A stretch of 64,000 nucleotides of DNA from a virus. The first letter of the stretch is position 1. Each line of letters starts with the position of its first letter. Under the pieces are notes generated by a model, which saw only the letters and a program-made list of their open reading frames with translations, ran no database searches and was not told where the DNA came from. Positions 30,206-39,930 of this stretch are shown in pieces. The translations under genes were made by a program, and so were the position numbers. Location of the stretch: IMG/VR virus record IMGVR_UViG_3300046028_008994. One strand, given 5' to 3'.

Positions 30206-30954
30206 TAAGCGTAATTATACCAACATATAAGTCACCAGAGGCTTTGGATCTATGCTTACGTTCAGCAATTAAGGGTCAACAAAACGAAAATCAAATCATA
30301 GTGGTTATAGATGGCTTCTATGATATTAATAAAGAGGTACTGGAAAAGTATGCTAATGATATTGAAATATTAGTTTTAGAAGAAAACGCAGGATTGTGTA
30401 GAGGTACTAATTTAGGAGTTTACAATGCTGAGTATGATAAAATTCTTATTGTAAACGATGATAATGTATTTCCAATAGACTGGGACGTTCAACTTGAAAA
30501 AGTATATAATCCTCATTTTGTTATATCACCTAATCAAATAGAACCAAACCCAAGTATGTTTAGACAATTTCATATTAGAGATTGTGGTCGTGATCCTAAA
30601 ACATTTAGTTTAGAAAATTTTAATTTATATGAAGAACCATTAAGAGGAAATCCAGATGATATGACCGGTTCTACATTACCTATATTAATGTCTAAAAAGA
30701 TGTTTTTAAGTGTTGGTGGTTGGGATGAAAATTATCAAGACGGAATGGTAGCTGATTGGGATTTCTTTTTAAAATGCCAACTTATAGGATTAAAAATGAT
30801 GAGAACATATAATTGTCATTTTTATCACTTTGCCTCTGTTTCTGTAAATGGAGAAAAAAGAAGACAAGCCGAATTAAATGGATATGAATATTCTAAATAC
30901 AAGTGGGGTGATTATATAAAACACAATCCTGAAGATAATTTGAAATATATTTAA
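30202..30954 (+). CDS. GT2 glycosyltransferase
   Basis: ISVIIPTY, NDDN, GGWDE, DWDF. Confidence 0.9.
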   Translation: MISVIIPTYKSPEALDLCLRSAIKGQQNENQIIVVIDGFYDINKEVLEKYANDIEILVLEENAGLCRGTNLGVYNAEYDKILIVNDDNVFPIDWDVQLEKVYNPHFVISPNQIEPNPSMFRQFHIRDCGRDPKTFSLENFNLYEEPLRGNPDDMTGSTLPILMSKKMFLSVGGWDENYQDGMVADWDFFLKCQLIGLKMMRTYNCHFYHFASVSVNGEKRRQAELNGYEYSKYKWGDYIKHNPEDNLKYI

Positions 30955-30991
30955 ATTTGGAAACTTAAAAAATAAATTGTATGTTTACCTT

Positions 30992-31150
30992 ATGATATTT
31001 GGATTTTATAATAGAACAGATGAAACACAGGAGATTATTAATCGTACTGTATCCACATCAAGATTAAATGCTGCTAAACATTTCGCAGAACGCAAACAAC
31101 TTCCACTAAAAGAATTTTTAAAAATATTTGCTGTTAAATGTTTAATATAA
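30992..31150 (+). CDS. hypothetical protein (52 aa, not in ORF track)
   Basis: MIFGFYNR...; directly after TTGG-N19-TATGTT promoter. Confidence 0.55.
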   Translation: MIFGFYNRTDETQEIINRTVSTSRLNAAKHFAERKQLPLKEFLKIFAVKCLI

Positions 31151-31542
31151 GTAGCTTCGGAAAAAATTTAATCATTAAAGATAAAAATAAAATAATTACT
31201 AGCGATAAACAAACGTTTATTGATTTAGTTGACACTTTTAGTATGGCCCACCAACGTTCTTTGTCAGTTGAAAAAGAACATGGTTTAAAATTAGAAAAAT
31301 ATGATGGATTATTTTTTGTAATAATTGAAAATTTATTTTTTACCCATTATGGTGAATGGCAGGGTGAATTAATTTTATGGTATGTGTATGATAGAACAGA
31401 TGAAGATGGTAATTTATATCCTATGATGCTTTTTGATGAAGAAACAGGAGATGAAACTGAAGTAGTGATTGAAAATGCTAGTGAATTATATTCATTTATC
31501 CAAAAAATTGCTAAAAAAATAAAAAATAAAAAGAAAAAATAA
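31138..31542 (+). CDS. hypothetical protein
   Basis: 134 aa ORF. Confidence 0.6.
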   Translation: MFNISSFGKNLIIKDKNKIITSDKQTFIDLVDTFSMAHQRSLSVEKEHGLKLEKYDGLFFVIIENLFFTHYGEWQGELILWYVYDRTDEDGNLYPMMLFDEETGDETEVVIENASELYSFIQKIAKKIKNKKKK

Positions 31543-31554
31543 ATATTTACGGTT

Positions 31555-31812
31555 ATGACAAAATGTATTCACTGTGGAGAAGAAATCCACCCAAAACGAT
31601 TAGAAATCCTTCCTTCAGCTAAAACATGTGTATCATGTTCTACTACAGAAAAAAAAGGAGGATTAACAATAATGAAAGGTACTGGTGACCATACTTGGAT
31701 TGAAACAATCCCTATGGAACAAGAAGACTATCAAAAAATACTTAAAGCAGAAAATAAAACATTTAATACATCATTTGATAATCTAGAACCAGAATTTAGT
31801 TCTGAGGTTTAA
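31555..31812 (+). CDS. TraR/DksA C4 zinc-finger protein
   Basis: CIHCGEEIHPKRLEILPSAKTCVSC. Confidence 0.8.
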   Translation: MTKCIHCGEEIHPKRLEILPSAKTCVSCSTTEKKGGLTIMKGTGDHTWIETIPMEQEDYQKILKAENKTFNTSFDNLEPEFSSEV

Positions 31813-31815
31813 TTT

Positions 31816-32466
31816 ATGCCCAAAGCAAAACCATTAAAAAAAGAAGAAATCATAGCGGCAATGGCTAAAACCAAATCCGTTCGTTCTGCTTGCCGTTACT
31901 TAAATTGTTCATACCAACACTTAAAAAAATGGATGAAATTTTATGAAGGTGAAGATGGTAAATCTTTGTTTGAACAACATAAAAATCCTGCAGGTAAAGG
32001 TATTCCTAAGTTTACTAATAATTCACCATGGAAACGAAAAGAACCTGCTATATTAGATATTGTTGAAGGTAGAGTAGATCCATCTCATTTAAACCCTCAA
32101 AAAGTTAAATATAAACTTATAGAAGCGGGTTATTTAAAAGAGGAATGTAGTACGTGTGGTTTTCATGAACGACGCGTTATAGACTATAAAATGCCGTTAA
32201 TTATGCATTTTAAGAATGGTAACAAACAACATTACACTCTTAATAATCTTCAAATGCTTTGTTATAATTGTTATTTTCTTTATGTAAATAGTATTTTTAC
32301 TGAAAAAGAAATCGAAAACATGGAAGATCATGTTCCGCGTAATGGAAGTAAAGATATCCCTGAAAAATTACAAATTGATGAATATACTCAGAAAAGATTA
32401 GATGAATTAGGAATATTTGGTAAAGACGATACAGAAGATCCTTATAATTTAGTATCTTACAAATAA
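31816..32466 (+). CDS. HTH plus HNH-like nuclease
   Basis: N-terminal HTH; CSTCG...HFKNGN...NLQMLCYNC. Confidence 0.7.
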   Translation: MPKAKPLKKEEIIAAMAKTKSVRSACRYLNCSYQHLKKWMKFYEGEDGKSLFEQHKNPAGKGIPKFTNNSPWKRKEPAILDIVEGRVDPSHLNPQKVKYKLIEAGYLKEECSTCGFHERRVIDYKMPLIMHFKNGNKQHYTLNNLQMLCYNCYFLYVNSIFTEKEIENMEDHVPRNGSKDIPEKLQIDEYTQKRLDELGIFGKDDTEDPYNLVSYK

Positions 32467-32477
32467 TATTTATAAGT

Positions 32478-32912
32478 ATGATTAAATTTTTAAATATATT
32501 AGAGGAATCAATTGATATTTACTCTTTAGATAAATTAAATTCTTTTGCTAATATTACAATATATACTGAAAATGCTGATGAATTTAGGGTTAGTTTTTCT
32601 CCTAAAAATTCTCCTAATAAATATCAATTATCTATTTATAAAATAGATGAATATTATGAAGTACAATTTGGAATAATAGAAAAAGGAATAATTAAAACTA
32701 GTGTTTTAGTAAATGATAATTTTACTTTATCTGTATTATCTATAGTTTTTAGTTTATTAAGATATTATATTGATGAATATTCTGTTTTTGCTTTTGAGTT
32801 TGAGGCATATGATATACGACCTAAATTATATAATTTATATCTTGATAAAAATTTTACAGATTATGATAAATATAAAATGGGTCCTAATGAATTTAGATTT
32901 ATTAAAAAATGA
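32478..32912 (+). CDS. protein with MIKFLNILEE leader
   Basis: AATATTTATA 3 nt upstream; leader resembles 42618. Confidence 0.6.
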   Translation: MIKFLNILEESIDIYSLDKLNSFANITIYTENADEFRVSFSPKNSPNKYQLSIYKIDEYYEVQFGIIEKGIIKTSVLVNDNFTLSVLSIVFSLLRYYIDEYSVFAFEFEAYDIRPKLYNLYLDKNFTDYDKYKMGPNEFRFIKK

Positions 32913-33190
32913 AAATAGAAGAATATTTAAGTAAGTTTAATAATAAAAAATATGATTTATCTTTAAAAGAATTCTTTTTAACAGAAGAAGCTTTAAATAA
33001 AGGTATAACTGTTGAAGAAGAAATAAAATATCAAGAATCAACATTTGATGGTTTTCTTCTTGATATAGATTTTACTATAATTATGTTTTTAATAGATATA
33101 GAAGATAAATTTAATGTAGTTATTAATGATTATGAGGTAGAAAATATTAAATCTATTAATGATCTAATTAAAAAATATTTATCAATATGA
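32909..33190 (+). CDS. acyl-carrier-protein-like protein lacking the Ppant serine
   Basis: IEDKFNVVINDYEVENIKSINDL matches ACP helices II-IV; no DSL. Confidence 0.5.
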   Translation: MKIEEYLSKFNNKKYDLSLKEFFLTEEALNKGITVEEEIKYQESTFDGFLLDIDFTIIMFLIDIEDKFNVVINDYEVENIKSINDLIKKYLSI

Positions 33191-33343
33191 AAAACAAAAA
33201 ACATGATAAAATAGTTAAAGATTATGATATACAAAAGTCTAAACATTTAGATAATTTAGCTACAAAAATGTTAAAAAACCAAGAAAAAGCAGATCAATTA
33301 AAATCCAAAACAATAAACACAAATTTTTTAAACTTATTTTAAT

Positions 33344-33643
33344 ATGGCAGTACCCGAAATAAATGTAGATAGCACAGAAGAGTTCCAAGAACTTATTAAT
33401 AACAAAGACTTTAGAATATCAAAACATATTGTTGAAGGAATTTTAGCAAATCTAAATACTAAGAAAAAACATGTTCATGTTTTATCTGTAATTTGTGAAG
33501 ATGAAGATGAAATTTTTGATATAACAGTTGAACGTAAACATTTTGCAGAAACATTAGATGAAAATCTAAAATATTATGTTGAAAATGAAGAATATGAAGG
33601 TTGTCAAAAAATAATTGAAGCGATTAAATTATTAAAAGATTAG
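33344..33643 (+). CDS. hypothetical protein with UVR-like C-terminus
   Basis: YVENEEYEGCQKI. Confidence 0.55.
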   Translation: MAVPEINVDSTEEFQELINNKDFRISKHIVEGILANLNTKKKHVHVLSVICEDEDEIFDITVERKHFAETLDENLKYYVENEEYEGCQKIIEAIKLLKD

Positions 33644-33656
33644 TATATGTATAAAC

Positions 33657-33809
33657 ATGGCTGGAAAAATCAAAAAACAAACATCAACAACTTCATTACA
33701 TAAAGTAAAACCTAAAAAAAGTAGAAAAGGTATTCATGCTAAAACAAAAACAAGTAAAAGCAAAAATGCTACAAATTATACTAAAAAGTATAGAGGACAA
33801 GGAAGATAA
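33657..33809 (+). CDS. small very basic protein (50 aa, ends KKYRGQGR; not in ORF track)
   Basis: TATATGTATA variant motif 3 nt upstream; Lys-rich. Confidence 0.65.
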   Translation: MAGKIKKQTSTTSLHKVKPKKSRKGIHAKTKTSKSKNATNYTKKYRGQGR

Positions 33810-34125
33810 ACAATAAATATATATAAGTTATGAGTAAAACAAGCTATCAACAAAGATTAGAAACATTAAAAATTTGGATTGAAGATAAAAAAATCAAATC
33901 CAAAGTAAAGAAAAAACAATCAAAATGGATTAAAGATTTATCTGAAGATAATGACTGATCTTCCAAACATTACAGATGAATTTTTTTCAACAATCCCTGA
34001 CGAGTTATTAATTAAAATGGCTCTTTATGATTGGGGATCATTAAAAAAAGTTTGCATGGCTCTTACTTTAGATATTCATTTAATTGAAGAATACGAAAGA
34101 AAAAAGAGACTTAAAAATTAAAAGA

Positions 34126-34163
34126 AAGGCTTGGGAAACCAGGCCTTCTTTTGTATGTTCACA
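34126..34163 (+). promoter_or_regulatory. Terminator hairpin overlapping promoter
   Basis: AAGGCTTGG-gaaa-CCAGGCCTT, T-run, GTATGTTCACA. Confidence 0.7.
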
Positions 34164-34165
34164 TC

Positions 34166-34390
34166 ATGATTAGAGATAAAGAAGATAGAACATACCCTGA
34201 AGTAATAGAAATTGATCTTACAGGACCTGAAGGTAATGCTTTTTCATTATTAGCTGTAGCTAAAGATTTAGCTCATATTAATAAATTTGATTGGGATAAT
34301 ATTTTCACTGAAATGACTAAAAGCGATTATGAAAATTTAATTCAAGTAATGGATAATTATTTTGGGGATCAAATAATATTACAAAGATAA
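34166..34390 (+). CDS. hypothetical phage protein
   Basis: IDLTGPEGNAFSLL motif. Confidence 0.65.
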   Translation: MIRDKEDRTYPEVIEIDLTGPEGNAFSLLAVAKDLAHINKFDWDNIFTEMTKSDYENLIQVMDNYFGDQIILQR

Positions 34391-34674
34391 TGCAAAAAGG
34401 AAAAACAACAGAAGAAGTAAAAACAAAATTTACTCGTGAATTTATTGATGATGATGGTATTAAATCAATATGGAAATATGATTTGAATGTTACAACTAGT
34501 GGTCCTATTAGTACAGAACAAATATTTCCTAAAAATATGGAAATAATTGTAGAAGAAGAAGTAATATTAAATGAATCTTTGCCTATGTCTAAAAGAAAAT
34601 TTTGGAGTGAGGCAACTCAAAAATGGGTAGGATATACTAGAGGACTTGCACTAGGTTTAGTACCTGGTAAATAA
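34390..34674 (+). CDS. hypothetical protein
   Basis: 94 aa coupled ORF. Confidence 0.55.
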   Translation: MQKGKTTEEVKTKFTREFIDDDGIKSIWKYDLNVTTSGPISTEQIFPKNMEIIVEEEVILNESLPMSKRKFWSEATQKWVGYTRGLALGLVPGK

Positions 34675-34723
34675 TCTACTTAAAAACAGGTGTATTACTT
34701 ATTTTTTATAATATGTATTATTG

Positions 34724-35479
34724 ATGAAAACAAATATATATTATCTATGTAGAGAAGATAAAGTTCCATTTTATGTAGGAAAAGCTAATAACTTAAAAAT
34801 TAGAGAAAACCAACATAAATTAAAATTAGGGAAAAACATTATTTTAGAAGCAATAGATGAAATACCAACAAATGAATGGAAATTTTGGGAAAAACATTAT
34901 ATTTCTTTATTTAAAAGTTGGGGTTTTATTTTAGTAAATAAAAATGAAGGTGGTGGAGGAGAATTATATAGATCCGAAGAAACTAAACAAAAATTAAGAA
35001 AACCTAACCCAAAAGCAGGTAGAAGAGGTCCATTAAATCAAGAAATAAAAAATAAAATAAGTAAATCAAAAACAGGAAAACATCATACTGAAGAAACAAA
35101 ATTAAAAATATCAAACTCAAATAAAGGAAAATTGGTTTCACAGGAAACATTAGATAAAAAAAGAAAGGCAATGGTTGGTAAAAAATTTACTGAGGAAACT
35201 AAATTAAAGATGAGTATGTCTTCAAAAGGTAAAACTAAATCTCTACTTCATAAAGAAAAAATAAAAATACATCTTGATAATATTAAAGATAAAATAAGAA
35301 AAGCAAAGAGTAAACCTGTTTTACAATATGATTTAGAAGATAATTTTATTAAAGAATGGAATAGTATGACTGAAGTAAGTAATACTCTAAAAGAAATAAA
35401 AACATCAGGGATAAGTCGTTGTATATGTGGTAATCAAAATTATTATAAAGGATTTATATGGAAAATAAAAATAATTTAA
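34724..35479 (+). CDS. GIY-YIG homing endonuclease with NUMOD3 repeats
   Basis: IYYL...FYVGKA, NKNEGGGG, repeated HTEETKLKIS, PVLQYDL...FIKEW. Confidence 0.85.
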   Translation: MKTNIYYLCREDKVPFYVGKANNLKIRENQHKLKLGKNIILEAIDEIPTNEWKFWEKHYISLFKSWGFILVNKNEGGGGELYRSEETKQKLRKPNPKAGRRGPLNQEIKNKISKSKTGKHHTEETKLKISNSNKGKLVSQETLDKKRKAMVGKKFTEETKLKMSMSSKGKTKSLLHKEKIKIHLDNIKDKIRKAKSKPVLQYDLEDNFIKEWNSMTEVSNTLKEIKTSGISRCICGNQNYYKGFIWKIKII

Positions 35480-35633
35480 ATGGGTTAAGTATAGGTCATG
35501 TAAAACAAATTATTAGACGTTCAATGATAACTAAAACTAAACCCAGCAAAAAAGAATATGATAGAAAAAGAGAGAAGAAAAAATTTTTGGAATCTTAAGA
35601 TGTTTTTTGTATGTTTACAATATAATAAAGGTT

Positions 35634-35993
35634 ATGATAAAATCAATAAATACAAAAGAAGAAAGATGTTTTATTAACATTGAATCTCAGTACAGAGGAT
35701 CAACAACAGTATGGTTTGTTGATGATTTATTTGACGTTAGAAAACGATTAGCAACTTACAAAGATGGTAAATGGACTTATTCATCTCCTAACAGAATGAA
35801 TGATCTAATCAGTTTAATGAAACACAATACCCAATTAAAAAGAGCATTACAAGAAAGTTTAAATCACATGGTTAATGAGGAAGAATTATCTGGGATAGTA
35901 GATTGGAGATGTTTTAAACGCAAAGTAAAACTAAAAGCAATTAGAATTACAAGAAAGTTAAAGAAATTTATTAAAAACAATATAGAATTTTAA
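35634..35993 (+). CDS. hypothetical protein
   Basis: Follows promoter; AGGTTATG start. Confidence 0.55.
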   Translation: MIKSINTKEERCFINIESQYRGSTTVWFVDDLFDVRKRLATYKDGKWTYSSPNRMNDLISLMKHNTQLKRALQESLNHMVNEEELSGIVDWRCFKRKVKLKAIRITRKLKKFIKNNIEF

Positions 35994-35996
35994 GTT

Positions 35997-36230
35997 ATGA
36001 GAAAAAAAATTGACAAATCCATTACTCCTGTTTGGAACAAAGCAAAACAATTAATTGCAGAAGGTAAATTAGAAGAAGCAGATGATGCTTTAATGACAAT
36101 AATTTGGAGAGTAGCAGATTATACAATGAATGGACACAACGATGATTATAAAATCGAAGGTGTTAAAAAAGGTGTTTGGTACGAACGTGCTTGGACTGCT
36201 ATTGAAGTTAATGGTTTATTACCTGCATAA
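35997..36230 (+). CDS. hypothetical protein
   Basis: 77 aa. Confidence 0.55.
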   Translation: MRKKIDKSITPVWNKAKQLIAEGKLEEADDALMTIIWRVADYTMNGHNDDYKIEGVKKGVWYERAWTAIEVNGLLPA

Positions 36231-36231
36231 T

Positions 36232-36537
36232 ATGGGAGAAAAAAGAGGATCAACAGAAAAATTAGTATACGATTTTCCAACAGAAAAAAATTGTCAAGTT
36301 TTACTAAATGATAGATGGTGTAGAGTTACACCACGTGAATTTAGAAGTTGGGGAAACAAACGTCGTATTATCTTTTATAAAGATGGTAAAGAAGATATTC
36401 AAGAGTATATTGGACCTGTGTATTATTGGAACACTAATAAAAAATGTAAAGAACTTACATCAGATAAAGTTCAGTTTATTTCATCAATGCCTTTTGTGTC
36501 ATTATTAAGACCTCATGAAAGACATTTAGCAGATTAG
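36232..36537 (+). CDS. hypothetical protein
   Basis: MGEKRG...RVTPREFRSW. Confidence 0.55.
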   Translation: MGEKRGSTEKLVYDFPTEKNCQVLLNDRWCRVTPREFRSWGNKRRIIFYKDGKEDIQEYIGPVYYWNTNKKCKELTSDKVQFISSMPFVSLLRPHERHLAD

Positions 36538-36934
36538 GAAAATAAGCTTGGAAATTAAAAAACAATTTTGTATGTTCACATTATGAAAATAGCAATAATA
36601 AGTTTAGTTTGTATAATTTTACAAGAAATAAGTTTTAATGGAAGTATTTATTCTTACAAAGCAGTAACAGAAAATGGCGATACAGGAACATTATTCTCAA
36701 ACAAAAAATTAACACAAGGGGATACAATACATTTAAAATGATAAAAATAGTTGTATTGTTAGTGGTTTGGTTTTTTATATTAACCGGAGCTATTATAGTA
36801 TCTAAAATATGTTTATGGGCAATAAAACAACAAGACATAACATATGTTTTAACAGGTGGATTTATAATAACTACAATATGGTTTTTTATAACAAGTGAAG
36901 TATTACAAATAATTAAAAAAATAAAAATAAAAAA

Positions 36935-37114
36935 ATGATAAAAATGTTAGTATTCATTGCCTTAGTAATCGCTATTGGAAGCGTATTATATTTAATAGGT
37001 AATAAAGTATCAAAAGTACTTAGTAAAGACGTTTCAGAAAACCTTGAAAACGATATCCAAAAAGGTAAACAAGCAAAAGAAAAAATCAAACAATTAAATA
37101 AAAAAATCAAATAA
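36935..37114 (+). CDS. single-TM protein upstream of SPFH gene (not in ORF track)
   Basis: MIKMLVFIALVIAIGSVLYLIG plus charged tail. Confidence 0.55.
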   Translation: MIKMLVFIALVIAIGSVLYLIGNKVSKVLSKDVSENLENDIQKGKQAKEKIKQLNKKIK

Positions 37115-37116
37115 AA

Positions 37117-38343
37117 ATGGAATCAAAACAATTAATCAAAGTATTAGCGTTAGTCCTCGCTATCACGGTGGCTGTAATTATCAATCCGTTCTCATGGAAT
37201 GATGCTACTGAAAGAACAGTAATTACCCAAATGAGTGGTAAACAATTTGTAGAATTTAAACCGGGTGTGTTTTATGCAGGTTTCTTTTCTAAAGAAACAA
37301 CTTACCCAAATCAAATTTCAGTATCACATATGGATACTGCATTTAATGGTGATTATAGTTTAACAGATAACACATGTGAAATAGGAGTAATCAAAGACGT
37401 TAGGTTTAATGATGCAACTACAGCAGTTATTTCAGGTATTACTCAGTATATTTTACCTCCAGGTGAAAAAGAAATGATTGAAATACATAATGCTCATAGA
37501 TCACCAGAATCATTTGTACAACGTAGATTAGCACCTTACACAATTGAATGTTTAAAATCAAGCGCTCAGTTAATGAGTTCTGAAGCCCATTACAGTGGTG
37601 GTAGAGCCCAAATGACACAAGACTATATGGATCAACTTAGAAATGGTTCTTATTTATTAAATATTAGAGAATTAATTTTATATGATTCATTAGAAAAATC
37701 AAATAAAAGAACATATGCTGTACAAATTCAAGTAAGTAAAGGTGGTGATAAATTAAGAAAATTCAGTTCAATTAAAGAATACTCTGTAATTGTAGGTGAT
37801 GCTCAAATAATTGATGTTGACTATGAGGTAAAAGTTGATGAAATGTTATCTAAGAAAATTGATGCCGCTACTAAAGCAAGTATTTCAAAACAAGAATTAA
37901 TGACTGCTCAACAAAAGCAATTAACAGCTGAAGCTCAAGGTAAACAAACATTGGTTGAGATTGAATATAAACAAAAACAAAATCAAACAATTGAGGTAGT
38001 AAAAGCACAAACGTTAGTTGAATTAGCTAAACAGGATTTAATCAAACAAGAGATTGCTAGACAAGCCGCTGAAAAAGAAGCTGCTAAAATTAAAATATTA
38101 GCAGATGCTCAAGCATATGAAAAACAAAGATTACTTCAAGCCGATGGTGCTTTGGAACAAAAGTTAAAAGCATATACAACAGTAATGGGATATTGGTCCA
38201 CAGCGTTTTCAAATCACCAACATCCATTAACACCAACGTTTATGATGGGTAGCGGAAATGGAGGTAATGCAGGAACGAATTTCATGGAATTAATGAACAT
38301 GAAAACAATGAAAGATTTAAATCTAGACTTCAAAACTAAATAA
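37117..38343 (+). CDS. SPFH/band-7 membrane protein
   Basis: N-terminal TM, SPFH core, Ala/Glu/Gln coiled coil (AEAQG, ADAQAY). Confidence 0.8.
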   Translation: MESKQLIKVLALVLAITVAVIINPFSWNDATERTVITQMSGKQFVEFKPGVFYAGFFSKETTYPNQISVSHMDTAFNGDYSLTDNTCEIGVIKDVRFNDATTAVISGITQYILPPGEKEMIEIHNAHRSPESFVQRRLAPYTIECLKSSAQLMSSEAHYSGGRAQMTQDYMDQLRNGSYLLNIRELILYDSLEKSNKRTYAVQIQVSKGGDKLRKFSSIKEYSVIVGDAQIIDVDYEVKVDEMLSKKIDAATKASISKQELMTAQQKQLTAEAQGKQTLVEIEYKQKQNQTIEVVKAQTLVELAKQDLIKQEIARQAAEKEAAKIKILADAQAYEKQRLLQADGALEQKLKAYTTVMGYWSTAFSNHQHPLTPTFMMGSGNGGNAGTNFMELMNMKTMKDLNLDFKTK

Positions 38344-38367
38344 GAAACTTTAAAATATTTTCAAATT

Positions 38368-38404
38368 AAGGCTTGGTTATCCAGGCCTTTTTTTGTATAT
38401 TTAC
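38368..38404 (+). promoter_or_regulatory. Terminator hairpin overlapping promoter for cassette array/thyA
   Basis: AAGGCTTGG-ttat-CCAGGCCTT, T-run, GTATATTT. Confidence 0.72.
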
Positions 38405-38409
38405 GATAT

Positions 38410-38625
38410 ATGGATAAACAAAGATACACACAATCATTATCTTCAGAAGAATTCGAAGCAGCTTATGTAAAATACGCTTGTAATGAAGTCACTCACAACA
38501 CAATGACTCGAGGTGAATTTGCTAATTTGTTAGAAACAAATAAAGAATTTGCTAAAAGGTTTGTTCCTAATTATTTTGATAATACATTTGATTGGTCTTA
38601 TAATAACGAAACTGAAATAAAATAA
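38410..38625 (+). CDS. small protein distantly similar to the ThyA insertion domain
   Basis: AAYVKY...TRGEFANLLETNKEFAKRF vs ThyA DAYKNY...TQEEFINKIKTDDKF. Confidence 0.5.
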   Translation: MDKQRYTQSLSSEEFEAAYVKYACNEVTHNTMTRGEFANLLETNKEFAKRFVPNYFDNTFDWSYNNETEIK

Positions 38626-38674
38626 TGTTCCAAACAAATCACAATAACATACAACAATAAAACAATAGAAAGTT

Positions 38675-38887
38675 ATGAAAATTAATAGACCAAAAGATGG
38701 TGACTATAGATATAAAACTAAGTTTTTATGGTTCCCTAAAAGATTTGATGGCGGGTGGTATTGGTTAGAAATTGTAACCATTAGACAAGTATATTTTTAT
38801 TATGGACTAATCCCAGGATGGTATAATGTGTGTTTGTCAAACCCAGAATCAGGTCTCCCAATAAGTATTGACCCCATTAAAAAATAG
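38675..38887 (+). CDS. hypothetical cassette protein
   Basis: KFLWFPK...WYWLE; starts in repeat. Confidence 0.6.
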   Translation: MKINRPKDGDYRYKTKFLWFPKRFDGGWYWLEIVTIRQVYFYYGLIPGWYNVCLSNPESGLPISIDPIKK

Positions 38888-38893
38888 AAAGTT

Positions 38894-39247
38894 ATGAATA
38901 AAGAACAACAAGAATTATTGGATGAGGCTTATAAGAATTATTCTAAAAAAATGATGTATCATCCGGTGGAAAATTGGTTAGATGATGGAAATGGTGAAAA
39001 AACTTACCGACAATTATCACAAGAAGAATTCATCAACAAATGTAAAAACGATACAGAGTTCTCTGGAAGGTGGGGATTAAAGATTGAAGAACGAGAATTA
39101 GATATGATGGAAAGATGGAAGATAGCCGACCTAACACCTAATATGGAAGAATTTGATTTTGCTAATTATATGTGCGACAAACACAATGTACCAACCAAAC
39201 TAATCACAATAACATACAACGATAAAAAAATAGAAAGTTATGAATGA
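38894..39247 (+). CDS. ThyA-loop-derived cassette protein 1
   Basis: DEAYKNY, SQEEFINKCKND, WG, REL, NVPT. Confidence 0.75.
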   Translation: MNKEQQELLDEAYKNYSKKMMYHPVENWLDDGNGEKTYRQLSQEEFINKCKNDTEFSGRWGLKIEERELDMMERWKIADLTPNMEEFDFANYMCDKHNVPTKLITITYNDKKIESYE

Positions 39248-39443
39248 AGAAGAAAAATTTGTAGATTGGATTGAAAGTCTAGTTGGTCGGGAAATTGTAG
39301 ATTATAATATTAAACCAAAGTTTGATGATGACGGAAACGTTTTATCCTATGATATTATGGTACAGCCAAAAATGTCATTACAATATTTAGAGATTCCAAT
39401 TACGATATCATCAACAGATAAAACAATAGAAAGTTATGAATAA
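39240..39443 (+). CDS. hypothetical cassette protein
   Basis: Starts and ends in repeats; ends DKTIESYE. Confidence 0.65.
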   Translation: MNEEEKFVDWIESLVGREIVDYNIKPKFDDDGNVLSYDIMVQPKMSLQYLEIPITISSTDKTIESYE

Positions 39444-39930
39444 AGAACAACAAGAATTATTGGATGAGGTTTATAAGAATTGGTGTAAACAATTTGAAGT
39501 TGACCCCAATAATTTTAATGTGGATGAATTAGTTAAAGGACACGGTGACCAGTGTTGGGGTTATCCTATATTAGACCATGTTAAACCAACATCAAAAGAA
39601 TATAAAAGAGGTCAAATAAACGCTTATTTAGAGGGTAAAGCAGATAGACCTTTCTTTTATTTATCAAAAGAAGAATTCATCAACAAATGTAAAACTGATA
39701 TTGTGTTCTCTGAAAAGTGGGGATTAAAGATTGAAGAACGAGAGTTGAGTTTGGAAGAAAGATGTGATGAATATATTAAAATAAATCCACAAGAAACAAA
39801 TGATGGAGTATTGAATTACAAATGGATTGGAGACAATCTATGTACTCATGAAGATTACAATAAATGGAATATCCCAACCAAACTAATCACAATCACATAC
39901 AACGATAAAACAATAGAAAGTTATGAGTAA
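39436..39930 (+). CDS. ThyA-loop-derived cassette protein 2
   Basis: Paralog of 38894; KEEFINKCKTD, RELSLEERC, NIPT. Confidence 0.75.
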   Translation: MNKEQQELLDEVYKNWCKQFEVDPNNFNVDELVKGHGDQCWGYPILDHVKPTSKEYKRGQINAYLEGKADRPFFYLSKEEFINKCKTDIVFSEKWGLKIEERELSLEERCDEYIKINPQETNDGVLNYKWIGDNLCTHEDYNKWNIPTKLITITYNDKTIESYE

